Of a stretch of 64,000 nt of DNA, positions 9,187-17,751 are shown piece after piece (the stretch's first letter is position 1; each line of letters begins with the position of its first letter). The DNA comes from Sphingomonas sp. (GTDB lineage Bacteria; Pseudomonadota; Alphaproteobacteria; Sphingomonadales; Sphingomonadaceae), in contig JAYSZB010000071.1 in assembly GCA_043727035.1 (NCBI GenBank), positions 21,767 through 85,766 on the forward strand, in the 5' to 3' direction. The notes beneath the pieces are model-generated. The model saw nothing but the letters and a program-made list of their open reading frames with translations. It had not been told where the DNA came from and did not search any database. Position numbers and translations under genes: made by a program.

Positions 9187-9250
9187 CGCTTACCCTGAGC
9201 GTGTCGAAGAGTGACGAACCCCGGGGCTTCGACAGGCTCAGCCTGAGCGC
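9187..9250. repeat. REP-like doublet (CTTCGACAGGCTCAG family)
   Basis: TTACCCTGAGCGTGTCGAAG...CTTCGACAGGCTCAGCCTGAGCG; the right arm recurs inverted at 60001-60028. Confidence 0.75.
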
Positions 9251-9283
9251 AACTGCGGAATCGATACCCGGCTTTCCCGGCGC

Positions 9284-9310
9284 TTAACGCGTCGTTATCC
9301 GCACATTAAC
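9284..9310 (+). promoter_or_regulatory. Tandem CtrA-like boxes TTAA-N7-TTAT-N7-TTAAC
   Basis: Three half-sites at 11-bp periodicity about 40 bp upstream of the ORF at 9352. Confidence 0.6.
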
Positions 9311-9351
9311 CGGTCGGGGCGCAGTCTTCACCCACCAAAACCGGAGTGCCG

Positions 9352-9678
9352 ATGATGGCCATGACCGAAGCCCGCGCCGCCTGTATCCGCGAAGACCTGC
9401 ATGGTCGCATCGCCGCGATTGCCTGCAACAGCACCATGCTCAACCCGCGACAACTGGTCGAGAATGTCGATGAAATCCGCTGCTTGGCGCAGGCATATGG
9501 TTTCGGAGCCGTCGCCGGGATCGCCGGCCAGCTCGAATCGGCGCTGGGCCGCGATGCCGCGAGCGCGACATTGCTCTGCTATCTCGATGCGCTCGACGAT
9601 GCAGTGAAGCTGGAGCCGGTGCGCAACGGCGCGCAGCAAGCGCTGCTCGCGTCGGTGGCATTGCGGCTCGGGCTTTGA
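9352..9678 (+). CDS. Hypothetical helical protein, Hpt-like but lacking the phospho-His
   Basis: GGAG RBS; VDEIRCLAQAYGFGAVAGIAGQLESAL parallels the Hpt pattern HxLKGxAxxxGxxxLxxxAxxLE. Confidence 0.6.
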   Translation: MMAMTEARAACIREDLHGRIAAIACNSTMLNPRQLVENVDEIRCLAQAYGFGAVAGIAGQLESALGRDAASATLLCYLDALDDAVKLEPVRNGAQQALLASVALRLGL

Positions 9679-9708
9679 CCGCCCGCCTGCTCCGCCGCTA
9701 GATACCCC

Positions 9709-10272
9709 ATGGACGCATTGATGATCGGGCTGCTGGCGGGGGCGCTGGTCAGCTTTGGTGGGCGGTGGTGGCTGCTGGGGCGGGCAATTGCGGAGTCGCG
9801 CGGGCGAGCGGTGGCTTTGCCCGCCTTGCTGCTTTCGGCTGTTATCGTCGCCGTGGCCGCTGCCTTTGCCGGGGGGGCGATTGCCCAGGCGGTGCGCGGT
9901 CCCGGGCTGATGCTGTTTCTGGCCCTGTCGCTGCTGCTCGCCGGAGCCGGGGCGCTGTGGCCGACGCGCGCGATTGCGCCCAAACTGGCCGCATCGGCAC
10001 GCGGGCCGGTCACCGCCTTCATACTGCTGATGGCGGCGCAGTTGAGCGAAAGCGCGCCATTCATCATTCTCGCCGCTGCTGCGTGGAGCCTCGATCCGCT
10101 TTCTGCGGGACTTGGCGGGGGGCTGGGGATGATATTGGCGGCGCTGTCGACTAGCCTGTTGTCCGCCCGTGAACTGGCGATGCTGCCGATGCGGCGCATA
10201 CGGCTGGCACTCGGCATCGTGCTGATGATGATCGGGCTGTGGTTGGCATTGGCGGCGTTGGGGCTGGTCTGA
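9709..10272 (+). CDS. Membrane protein, distant TMEM165/GDT1 (UPF0016)-like
   Basis: Two-fold repeated 3-TM layout, MDAL start, GGGLG..LA and RR.R...G..L C-terminal features; canonical ExGD(K/R)T motifs absent. Confidence 0.45.
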   Translation: MDALMIGLLAGALVSFGGRWWLLGRAIAESRGRAVALPALLLSAVIVAVAAAFAGGAIAQAVRGPGLMLFLALSLLLAGAGALWPTRAIAPKLAASARGPVTAFILLMAAQLSESAPFIILAAAAWSLDPLSAGLGGGLGMILAALSTSLLSARELAMLPMRRIRLALGIVLMMIGLWLALAALGLV

Positions 10273-10317
10273 TCGATCGCGTCGATCAGAGCGACGCGGA
10301 TTTCCATTCGCACTGAC

Positions 10318-10342
10318 GAAACCATTTCGCCTGTGCAAGGTT
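10318..10342 (+). promoter_or_regulatory. Candidate EcfG/SigT general-stress promoter of dps
   Basis: GAAAC-N16-GGTT versus consensus GGAAC-N16/17-CGTT, 37 bp before the dps ATG. Confidence 0.4.
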
Positions 10343-10379
10343 ATCGTCGCAAGACCTTCTGCGATGGAGACTTTTTTCG

Positions 10380-10886
10380 ATGGCGACTGCAACTGCGACC
10401 CCGAGCAAGCTCAGCACCCCAACGGATCTGGATGGAAAAAACACCAAAACCGTCGCCGATGCGCTGAACGGCATATTGGCCGACAGCTATGCGCTGTATA
10501 TCAAGACAAAGAATTTCCACTGGCACATTTCAGGCCCGCATTTTCGCGACTATCATCTGATGCTCGACGATCAGGCGGCACAGATACTGCTAACCACCGA
10601 TGCGATTGCCGAGCGGGTGCGCAAGACCGGCAATGTGACGCTGCGCTCGATCGGCGACATCGCGCGGCGCCAGACGATCAAGGACAATGACAGTGATTTC
10701 GTCAGCGCCGATGCGATGCTGGCCGAGCTGCGCGAGGACAATCTGGCACTGGTCGCATCCCTGCGCGAGGCGAAGGATATCGTCGACGAGGCCAAGGACA
10801 ACGCCACCAGCGGCATCCTCGACGACTGGACCGACCAGGCCGAGGAGCGCGCTTGGTTCCTGTTCGAATCGAGCCGGAAAGCCTGA
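10380..10886 (+). CDS. dps: Dps DNA-protection protein
   Basis: LADSYALYIKTKNFHWHISGPHFRDYHLMLDDQ, DAIAERVR, E.RAWFL ferroxidase motifs. Confidence 0.95.
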   Translation: MATATATPSKLSTPTDLDGKNTKTVADALNGILADSYALYIKTKNFHWHISGPHFRDYHLMLDDQAAQILLTTDAIAERVRKTGNVTLRSIGDIARRQTIKDNDSDFVSADAMLAELREDNLALVASLREAKDIVDEAKDNATSGILDDWTDQAEERAWFLFESSRKA

Positions 10887-10898
10887 TACAGCGACGCG

Positions 10899-12491
10899 GT
10901 GCAAGCCTTTGCCCGACTCCTCGATGCGCTGATCTATACCGGCAGCCGTAACGCCAAGCTGAGGCTGATCGGCGACTATCTGCGTGTCACGCCCGATCCC
11001 GACCGGGGCTGGGCGCTGGCGGCGTTGACGGGTGAGGTCGATCTGCCGGCGGTCAAATCGGCGGCGGTGCGCGGCATGATCGAAGAACGGGTCGACCCCG
11101 TGCTGTTCCGTATGAGCCGCGACTATGTCGGTGATACGGCGGAGACGGTTGCGTTGCTGTGGCCCGACGGCCTGACCGGTGCGTCGGACGATATCTCTCT
11201 GGCAGCGGCGATTGGTCGGCTCGAGGCCGCCAAGCGCGGCGAAGGCGGAGCGGTGCTCGCCGATATGCTCGACCGGCTGGGCAGCGACGCGCGCTATGCA
11301 TTGCTGAAGCTGGCCACCGGCGGTATGCGCGTCGGCGTTTCGGGGCGGCTGGCGCGGACGGCGGTGGCGCAGGCGTTCGGACGCGATGTCGAGGATATCG
11401 AGGAAGTGTGGCACGCGCTGTCGCCGCCCTATGCCGAACTGTTCGCCTGGGCCGAGGGTCGCGCGCCGCTGCCCGATCTGTCGGACCGCCCGCTGTTTCG
11501 CCCATTCATGCTGGCGCATCCGCTGGAGGACGGCACGGTCGATCTCGCCGACTATGCCGCCGAGTGGAAATGGGACGGCATCCGCGTGCAGCTGGTCCGG
11601 CGCGGCGGAGAGACGCGGCTTTATAGTCGCGGCGGCGATGACATCACCGCTGCCTTTCCCGAGGTGGCGGCGGATTTCACCATCGACGCGGTGCTCGACG
11701 GCGAGCTGCTGGTGCGCGGCGTGGTGCAGGGCGGCGAGGAGGGCGGAGCGGCGAGCTTCAATGCCCTACAGCAACGGCTGGGGCGTAAGACGGTGAGCGC
11801 GGCAATGCTGCGCGATGCGCCCGCGTTCGTCCGGCTCTACGACGTGCTGGAGATCGGGCGCGAGGATTTGCGCCCATCGCCTTGGGCTACGCGGCGGGCG
11901 CGGTTGGAGGCGCTGATAGCTGCGCTGCCCAATGACCGCTTCGACCTGTCGGCGCTGATTGAGGCTGCGGACTTCGATGCGCTGGCTGCGATACGGGCCG
12001 CAGCCCGCGACTCGGCGATCGAAGGCGTGATGCTCAAGCGCCGCGATTCGGCTTATGTCGGCGGACGGCGGGTCGGCCTCTGGTATAAATGGAAGCGCGA
12101 TCCGCTGACCGTCGATTGCGTGCTGATGTATGCGCAGCGCGGCAGCGGCAAGCGATCCTCCTTCTATTCCGACTATACCTTCGGTTGCTGGACCGCCGAT
12201 CCGGCAGAGGGGGGCGAGCTGCTGCCCGTCGGCAAGGCCTATTCGGGCTTCACCGACGAGGAATTGCGCGGCCTCGACAAATTCGTCCGCGACCACACGC
12301 TCGCCCGTTTCGGCCCGGTGCGCGAGGTCGAGAAGAGCCTGGTGTTCGAGGTGGCGTTCGATTCGGTTCATACGTCGATGCGGCATAAATCCGGCCTCGC
12401 GATGCGTTTCCCGCGCATTTCGCGCATCCGCCGCGACAAGCCGGCCGCAGAGGCCGATCTGATCGCCACGCTATCGCAGAAAATCACTTGA
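10899..12491 (+). CDS. ATP-dependent DNA ligase (ligase-associated DNA-damage-response type)
   Basis: EWKWDG adenylation motif, LDGELL, FVRLYD, EGVMLK, WYKWK, GLAMRFPR; GTG start 12 bp after dps. Confidence 0.92.
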   Translation: MQAFARLLDALIYTGSRNAKLRLIGDYLRVTPDPDRGWALAALTGEVDLPAVKSAAVRGMIEERVDPVLFRMSRDYVGDTAETVALLWPDGLTGASDDISLAAAIGRLEAAKRGEGGAVLADMLDRLGSDARYALLKLATGGMRVGVSGRLARTAVAQAFGRDVEDIEEVWHALSPPYAELFAWAEGRAPLPDLSDRPLFRPFMLAHPLEDGTVDLADYAAEWKWDGIRVQLVRRGGETRLYSRGGDDITAAFPEVAADFTIDAVLDGELLVRGVVQGGEEGGAASFNALQQRLGRKTVSAAMLRDAPAFVRLYDVLEIGREDLRPSPWATRRARLEALIAALPNDRFDLSALIEAADFDALAAIRAAARDSAIEGVMLKRRDSAYVGGRRVGLWYKWKRDPLTVDCVLMYAQRGSGKRSSFYSDYTFGCWTADPAEGGELLPVGKAYSGFTDEELRGLDKFVRDHTLARFGPVREVEKSLVFEVAFDSVHTSMRHKSGLAMRFPRISRIRRDKPAAEADLIATLSQKIT

Positions 12492-12614
12492 TGTCCTGAC
12501 CCTAGGGTGTGATTCCAGTCATGGTAGCGACAGCTTGTGTCGGCTAGCGATTGCGTCGCGCGGAGCAGGGTGGCTCGATCACCGCTGGCCCGCCCAACAG
12601 GGGACAAAGGCATC

Positions 12615-13550
12615 ATGGGCACAAAGACGAATATGCTGGTCGGTATCGCGATGATCGCGCTGGCGGTTCCGGCGGCAGCACAGAATCGTGGACGAACCGC
12701 ACCGCCGGCGACCATAGCTTTCGGTCAGACGATCGACGGCGAGATTGCCGCACCGCGCGCCGGGGAATGCCCTCCGGCCGATCCCCGCGTCCGCAGTTAC
12801 AATGTCACGGTCGACGCCGACACCCGGATGGAGGTGACGATGCGCGCCGACGATTTCGACACGCTGGTCGAAATCGGCAAGATGGATGGCTGTACCTATA
12901 CCATGCTGGGGTCGAACGACGATGGCTCGGGCGAGGAAGACGGGCTCAATAGCCGCCTGATCGCCACGTTGCGCGATGCCGGCACTTATGTCATCCGTGC
13001 CAAATCGCTGGCCGACGATGGTGCGGGGAAGTTCAGCCTGGCGCTCAACCGCCTTGCGCCGACTCCGCCGCCGCCCGCGCCGATCCCGCTGACGCTGGGC
13101 GCGAGTGCGCAGGGCGCGCTGACCACCAACGATGCGATGATCGACACCGGCAGCGCCTATGGCGATGAATATGCCTCCGAATATGGTGGCGACATGGGCA
13201 TCGACATTTCCGAATCGGGCCGCCCCTACCATCTCTATTCGCTGTCCGGCAGCGCCGGTCAGGAATATCTGATCAAGATGGACTCGGAGGAATTCGACGC
13301 CTTCCTCGAAGCGGGCAGCATGTCGCCGCTCGGCTACAGCGTCTCGGCCAGCAATGACGATGGCGGCGGCGAGGAAGACGGGCTCAACAGCCGGTTGCGC
13401 GTCAAGTTTCAGACGGATGGCACCATCATCATCCGTGCCAGCCCACTGGGCAATGACGCCGGCGCGTACACCATCTCCGCCGATATCGCACCGCCGGTAG
13501 AGGCTGCTGCGGCTGAGGCCCCGGCAATGGAAGCACCGCACGAGCATTGA
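12615..13550 (+). CDS. Secreted protein with two PPC (pre-peptidase C-terminal)-like domains
   Basis: Signal peptide ending VPAAA; duplicated SNDDG.GEEDGLNSRL and Y.I.A motifs. Confidence 0.7.
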   Translation: MGTKTNMLVGIAMIALAVPAAAQNRGRTAPPATIAFGQTIDGEIAAPRAGECPPADPRVRSYNVTVDADTRMEVTMRADDFDTLVEIGKMDGCTYTMLGSNDDGSGEEDGLNSRLIATLRDAGTYVIRAKSLADDGAGKFSLALNRLAPTPPPPAPIPLTLGASAQGALTTNDAMIDTGSAYGDEYASEYGGDMGIDISESGRPYHLYSLSGSAGQEYLIKMDSEEFDAFLEAGSMSPLGYSVSASNDDGGGEEDGLNSRLRVKFQTDGTIIIRASPLGNDAGAYTISADIAPPVEAAAAEAPAMEAPHEH

Positions 13551-13568
13551 TCCGGCGGTTCGCATAAG

Positions 13569-13602
13569 AAAAGGGCCCGGAAGCATCGCTTCTGGGCCCT
13601 TT
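13569..13602. terminator. Bidirectional intrinsic terminator
   Basis: AAAAGGGCCCGGAAGC-ATC-GCTTCTGGGCCCTTT between convergent genes. Confidence 0.8.
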
Positions 13603-13640
13603 TACTTGTGTCGTCGGTCGAAGGTGATTCGCGCGCCGAC

Positions 13641-14501
13641 TCAGTTGCCGGCAGCGATGTTGACCGCCGAATATTTGCCGCGATCATCGACTTCGATATC
13701 GAAATCGACACGATCGCCTTCGTTCAGCGCATGCATGCCGGCGCGTTCGACCGCGCTGATATGGACGAAGCAATCAGCCCCGCCATCGTCGCGCTTGATG
13801 AAGCCGAAGCCCTTCGATGCATTGAAGAACTTGACCTCGCCTGAGGCCCGCTCTCCGGTCAGCTGACGACGCGCGCGCTGCGGCTTTTCAGCCGCCGGAG
13901 CGTCGGCCGCCAGATGCTCGCCGGTGATCTTGAGATCGGTCGCGGAAATGCGTCCGTTACGATCGACCAGCGTGAAGGCCAGCGTCTGGTTGGAGGCAAG
14001 CCCGGTCAGCCCGGCCTGCTCGACCGCGCTGATGTGAACGAACACATCTTCGCCGCCATCGTCACGAGCGACAAAGCCAAAGCCCTTGTCACCGTTGAAG
14101 AATTTGACCACGCCAGTGCCTTCGCCGACGACCTGGGCGGGCATCTGCGGGCGTGGGCCGCGGTTGAAACCGCCGCCACCGCCGCCACCGCCGCCGCCAC
14201 GATCGCCACCGCCGAAGCCGCCACCGCCGCCCCCAGGGCGATATCCGCCGCCACCGCCGCCGGGCCGGTCGCCGCCGCCGAAGCCACCGCGATCACCGCC
14301 ACCGAAACCGCCGGGCCGTGGTGCGCCACCGCCGCCGAAATCGCCGCCGAAGCCGCCGCCACGCGGGGCACCGCCGCCGAAATCTCCGCCGCCGCCACCG
14401 CCGCCGTAGAAGTCACCGCCACCACCGAAATCGTCGCGCTTGCCGCCCCTACGATTACTACCTTTGCCGCCGCCGCCGCGACGTTCACGATCAAAACTCA
14501 T
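13641..14501 (-). CDS. Tandem cold-shock-domain protein with a long Gly/RGG-rich N-terminus
   Basis: Two CSDs (VKFFNGDKGFGFV/VFVHISAV and VKFFNASKGFGFI/CFVHISAV) after about 120 aa of GGGGF/RGG repeats; start MSFDRERRGG. Confidence 0.92.
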   Translation of the reverse strand: MSFDRERRGGGGKGSNRRGGKRDDFGGGGDFYGGGGGGGDFGGGAPRGGGFGGDFGGGGAPRPGGFGGGDRGGFGGGDRPGGGGGGYRPGGGGGGFGGGDRGGGGGGGGGGFNRGPRPQMPAQVVGEGTGVVKFFNGDKGFGFVARDDGGEDVFVHISAVEQAGLTGLASNQTLAFTLVDRNGRISATDLKITGEHLAADAPAAEKPQRARRQLTGERASGEVKFFNASKGFGFIKRDDGGADCFVHISAVERAGMHALNEGDRVDFDIEVDDRGKYSAVNIAAGN

Positions 14502-14771
14502 GCGCCAATCAACACTCGAAATTCCGTCCAGCCAGATCTGGCAAGCCACCCCGAACGGACGGGTATGTGGTGCCACGAGTCAGGAATTTACTTCCATGCC
14601 CGCTGCGAACATATCGCAGAAACCGGAATTTGCGAAGACAAATCGGCGCAAAGCGTTGCACTGTGGGCGAAGTGCAACAGTTGTGCGGTCGCTCGCGACC
14701 AAGTCCGCGCCGTCGCCGCGCCGTCCGCTGGCCATTGAGGCGACGCGTGACATCGCCTAAGGCGGCTGGCG

Positions 14772-15389
14772 ATGACTGTATATTTCCATGAAGAAGATCT
14801 TCCCGCAGACGCACTTGGGCTAGGCCCGGTTGCTGTCGATACCGAAACAATGGGGCTGATGCCGGGCCGCGACCGGCTGTGTCTGGTGCAGATCAGCGAT
14901 GGCGGGCCGCACCAGCATCTGGTCCGCTTCGCCCCCGACAGCGATTTTTCCGCGCCCAATCTCAAGACAGTGCTGGGCGACCGGAATCGCGTCAAAATCT
15001 ATCATTTCGCGCGATTCGATCTGGCGTCGATCGAACGTTATCTCGGTGTGGAGGCGAGCCCGGTCTATTGCACCAAAATCGCCAGCCGCCTGACCCGCAC
15101 CTACACCGACCGGCACGGCCTGAAGGAATTATGCCGCGAGATACTGGCGCAGGATCTGTCCAAGACCCAACAATCGAGCGACTGGGGCGCGCCTGAAATC
15201 AGCGAGGCACAGCGCGAATATGCCGCGAGCGATGTGCGCTATCTGCACGCTCTGAAGGCGGCATTCGACGTCAAGCTGGAGCGCGAAGGGCGGATGGCGA
15301 TGGCCCAGGCCTGTTTCGATTTTCTACCGATGCGGGCACGAATCGATCTGGCCGGATGGCCCGAGATCGACATTTTCGCGCACGGTTGA
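14772..15389 (+). CDS. rnd: Ribonuclease D-like 3'-5' exonuclease
   Basis: VAVDTETMGL (ExoI), FHFARFD (ExoII), CTKIAS, YAASDV (ExoIII). Confidence 0.88.
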   Translation: MTVYFHEEDLPADALGLGPVAVDTETMGLMPGRDRLCLVQISDGGPHQHLVRFAPDSDFSAPNLKTVLGDRNRVKIYHFARFDLASIERYLGVEASPVYCTKIASRLTRTYTDRHGLKELCREILAQDLSKTQQSSDWGAPEISEAQREYAASDVRYLHALKAAFDVKLEREGRMAMAQACFDFLPMRARIDLAGWPEIDIFAHG

Positions 15390-15397
15390 GTCGCGGT

Positions 15398-16036
15398 ATG
15401 TCCGTCCTTGCCGATGTCGAACGCGACCGTCGCCGCGCCTGGGCAGCAGGGGGCGGGTCGCACGACCGGTTGGTGCGCGCCATTCAGGTAATATTGCCGA
15501 TGACCATCGGCGCGCTGGCGGCGGTAATGCTGTTCATCCCGTTCGGCCAGCGCAGCGATATCGGCTTTCTGCTGGCCAAGGACAGTATCGAGGTAGCCCC
15601 GCAGCGGCTGCGGGTCGAGGCAGCGCGCTATTCGGGTACCGACAACAACGGACGCCCGTTCAGCGTCACCGCCGGCAGCGCCCTCCAGCGCAGCGCCGCC
15701 GATCCGCTGGTGCGGATGCGCGATGTGTCGGCGATGATCATATTGTCTGACGGTCCCGCAACCATCACCGCCGACACCGGCCAGTTCGACCCGAGCCGCG
15801 ACCGGGTGGAGGTGGACGGTCAGTTGCGCTTTGTCGCCGCCGATGGCTATCGGCTCGATACCGGCGCGGTTGGCATTGATCTGCAGTCGCGCACGCTCGC
15901 CAGCAGGCGGCGTGTCGTCGGCACATTGCCGATCGGCAGGTTCAGCGCCGACAGTATTTCCGCTAATCTCGACAGCCGCATCGTTCGCCTGCAAGGCAAT
16001 GCCCGGCTGCGCATCGACCAAGGATTGCGAAGATGA
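15398..16036 (+). CDS. lptC: LPS export periplasmic protein LptC
   Basis: Single N-terminal TM helix, YSGTD..GRPF.V.A..A.Q beta-jellyroll; precedes lptA and lptB. Confidence 0.85.
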   Translation: MSVLADVERDRRRAWAAGGGSHDRLVRAIQVILPMTIGALAAVMLFIPFGQRSDIGFLLAKDSIEVAPQRLRVEAARYSGTDNNGRPFSVTAGSALQRSAADPLVRMRDVSAMIILSDGPATITADTGQFDPSRDRVEVDGQLRFVAADGYRLDTGAVGIDLQSRTLASRRRVVGTLPIGRFSADSISANLDSRIVRLQGNARLRIDQGLRR

Positions 16037-16602
16037 ACCGATCTACCACGACCGCATTGCTCGGCCTCGCCGGGTTCGTCCTGACCGCCGCCGCGCTATC
16101 CTTTGCCGGGGCAGGTGACAGCGCCGCCGCGCAGGCGTTGGTCAATCACAACAGCAACGCGCCGGTGGATTTTGCCGCCGATTCGATCGAAGTGCAATCG
16201 CGCGCGGATCGCGTCGTCATCGCCGGTAATGTCGTTGTCGAACAGGCTGGGCTGACGCTTACTGCCGCCCGGATGACGGTGGCATACAGCGACGCATCGG
16301 GCGTCGACGTCAACCGCATCGATGCCATCGGTGGGGTGACGGTGGTCAAGGGCAGCGACCGGGCGACCGGCAACAGCGCCATCTACGATCTCGACCGGCG
16401 GTTGATCACCATGATCGGCAATGTCCAACTGACGCAGGGACCTAACCGGTTGAACGGCGGGCGGATGGTGATCGATCTGACCACCGGTCGCGCCAGTATC
16501 GACGGGCGCGGCGCGCCGGTCGGCGGATCGTCGGCACCGGGCAGCGTCAGTAATCAGGGCGGCCGGGTGACCGGACGCTTCACCGTTCCGGACCGGAATT
16601 GA
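16033..16602 (+). CDS. lptA: LPS transport protein LptA/OstA
   Basis: Signal peptide; AP.DF.AD..E, GNV.V.Q..LTL.A, A.G..AIYDLD, GGRVTG.F. Confidence 0.88.
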   Translation: MNRSTTTALLGLAGFVLTAAALSFAGAGDSAAAQALVNHNSNAPVDFAADSIEVQSRADRVVIAGNVVVEQAGLTLTAARMTVAYSDASGVDVNRIDAIGGVTVVKGSDRATGNSAIYDLDRRLITMIGNVQLTQGPNRLNGGRMVIDLTTGRASIDGRGAPVGGSSAPGSVSNQGGRVTGRFTVPDRN

Positions 16603-16712
16603 TCGCGCAAAATCGACTGCTGCCGCTTGCAGTCTTGATTTCCATGCAAATATCCTGCCAGACGCGGTTTCTGTTTCGATGGTACCGCCATCGGTCATTT
16701 TTGTGCCAAACT

Positions 16713-16795
16713 TGTCATTCCCGCGAAAGCGGGAATCCAACGGCGGCACGCACTGCCATGTGCCGCTCTGGATTCCCGCTTTCGCGGGAATGACA
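16713..16795. repeat. REP doublet (GTCATTCCCGCGAAAGCGGGAATCC family)
   Basis: 27-bp perfect inverted arms around a 29-bp spacer. Confidence 0.9.
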
Positions 16796-16830
16796 GCACA
16801 GAGGCGAAAGAGACGAGGCCGGTTTCGATT

Positions 16831-17613
16831 ATGAACGACATCGCCGAACAGGTCCGCGACCCCGCACTACAGGCCGATGGCGATGCGACCGTGCGCGGGC
16901 TTTCGGTCGTCAGCCTCGCCAAAAGCTACGACAAGCGCTCGGTGCTGTCCGATGTCTCGCTGTCGGTGGCGCGCGGCGAGGTGGTCGGGTTGCTCGGCCC
17001 GAACGGCGCGGGCAAGACCACCTGTTTCTATTCGGTGATGGGGTTGGTCAAACCCGATTCGGGCCGGATCATGCTCGACGGCGAGGATATCACACCGCTG
17101 CCGATGTATCGCCGCGCCATCCTCGGTCTTGGCTATCTGCCGCAGGAAACATCGATCTTTCGCGGGATGACGGTCGAACAGAATATCGCCGCGGTGCTCG
17201 AATTGGTCGAGCCCGACAAGACCGCACGTCGCGCGCGGCTGGAGCAGTTGCTCGAAGAATTCGGATTGGCGCGGCTGCGTACCTCCCCCGCCATGTCGCT
17301 GTCAGGTGGTGAGCGGCGCCGCTGCGAAATCGCCCGCGCCCTCGCGGCCAACCCCTCGATCATGCTGCTCGACGAACCGTTTGCCGGCATCGACCCGATC
17401 TCGATCTCCGACATCCGCGATCTGGTGAAGGAATTGAAGACGCGCGATATCGGCGTGCTGATCACCGATCACAATGTCCGCGAGACGCTCGACATCGTCG
17501 ATCGCGCCTGCATCATCTATGACGGGCGGGTGCTGTTTTCGGGGAGCCCGCAGGAGCTGGTCGCCGATCCCGAGGTGCGCCGCCTTTACCTCGGCGAAGG
17601 CTTCTCGCTTTAG
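16831..17613 (+). CDS. lptB: LPS export ABC ATPase LptB
   Basis: GPNGAGKT, GYLPQETSIF, LSGGERRR, LLDEPFAG, LITDHNVRETL, YLGE.F. Confidence 0.96.
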   Translation: MNDIAEQVRDPALQADGDATVRGLSVVSLAKSYDKRSVLSDVSLSVARGEVVGLLGPNGAGKTTCFYSVMGLVKPDSGRIMLDGEDITPLPMYRRAILGLGYLPQETSIFRGMTVEQNIAAVLELVEPDKTARRARLEQLLEEFGLARLRTSPAMSLSGGERRRCEIARALAANPSIMLLDEPFAGIDPISISDIRDLVKELKTRDIGVLITDHNVRETLDIVDRACIIYDGRVLFSGSPQELVADPEVRRLYLGEGFSL

Positions 17614-17642
17614 GGCGATGACAGATGGCCGTGTCAAAATTT

Positions 17643-17731
17643 CACTGTCATTCCCGCGAAAGCGGGAATCCAGGGGCGGCGGGCATTGCTCTTTGCCGCT
17701 CTGGATTCCCGCTTTCGCGGGAATGACAGTG
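17643..17731. repeat. REP doublet, same family as 16713-16795
   Basis: 31-bp perfect inverted arms CACTGTCATTCCCGCGAAAGCGGGAATCCAG; spacer related to the first copy. Confidence 0.9.
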
Positions 17732-17751
17732 GGATAGGGCCAGAACGACCG

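Noticed and set aside
9679-9708. yybP-ykoY Mn riboswitch before the TMEM165-like gene
   Set aside because: The intergenic gap is only 30 nt, too short for the aptamer
13914-14738. Ala/Thr- and Pro-rich ORFs opposite the cold-shock gene
   Set aside because: Reverse-strand translations of the GGC-rich tract
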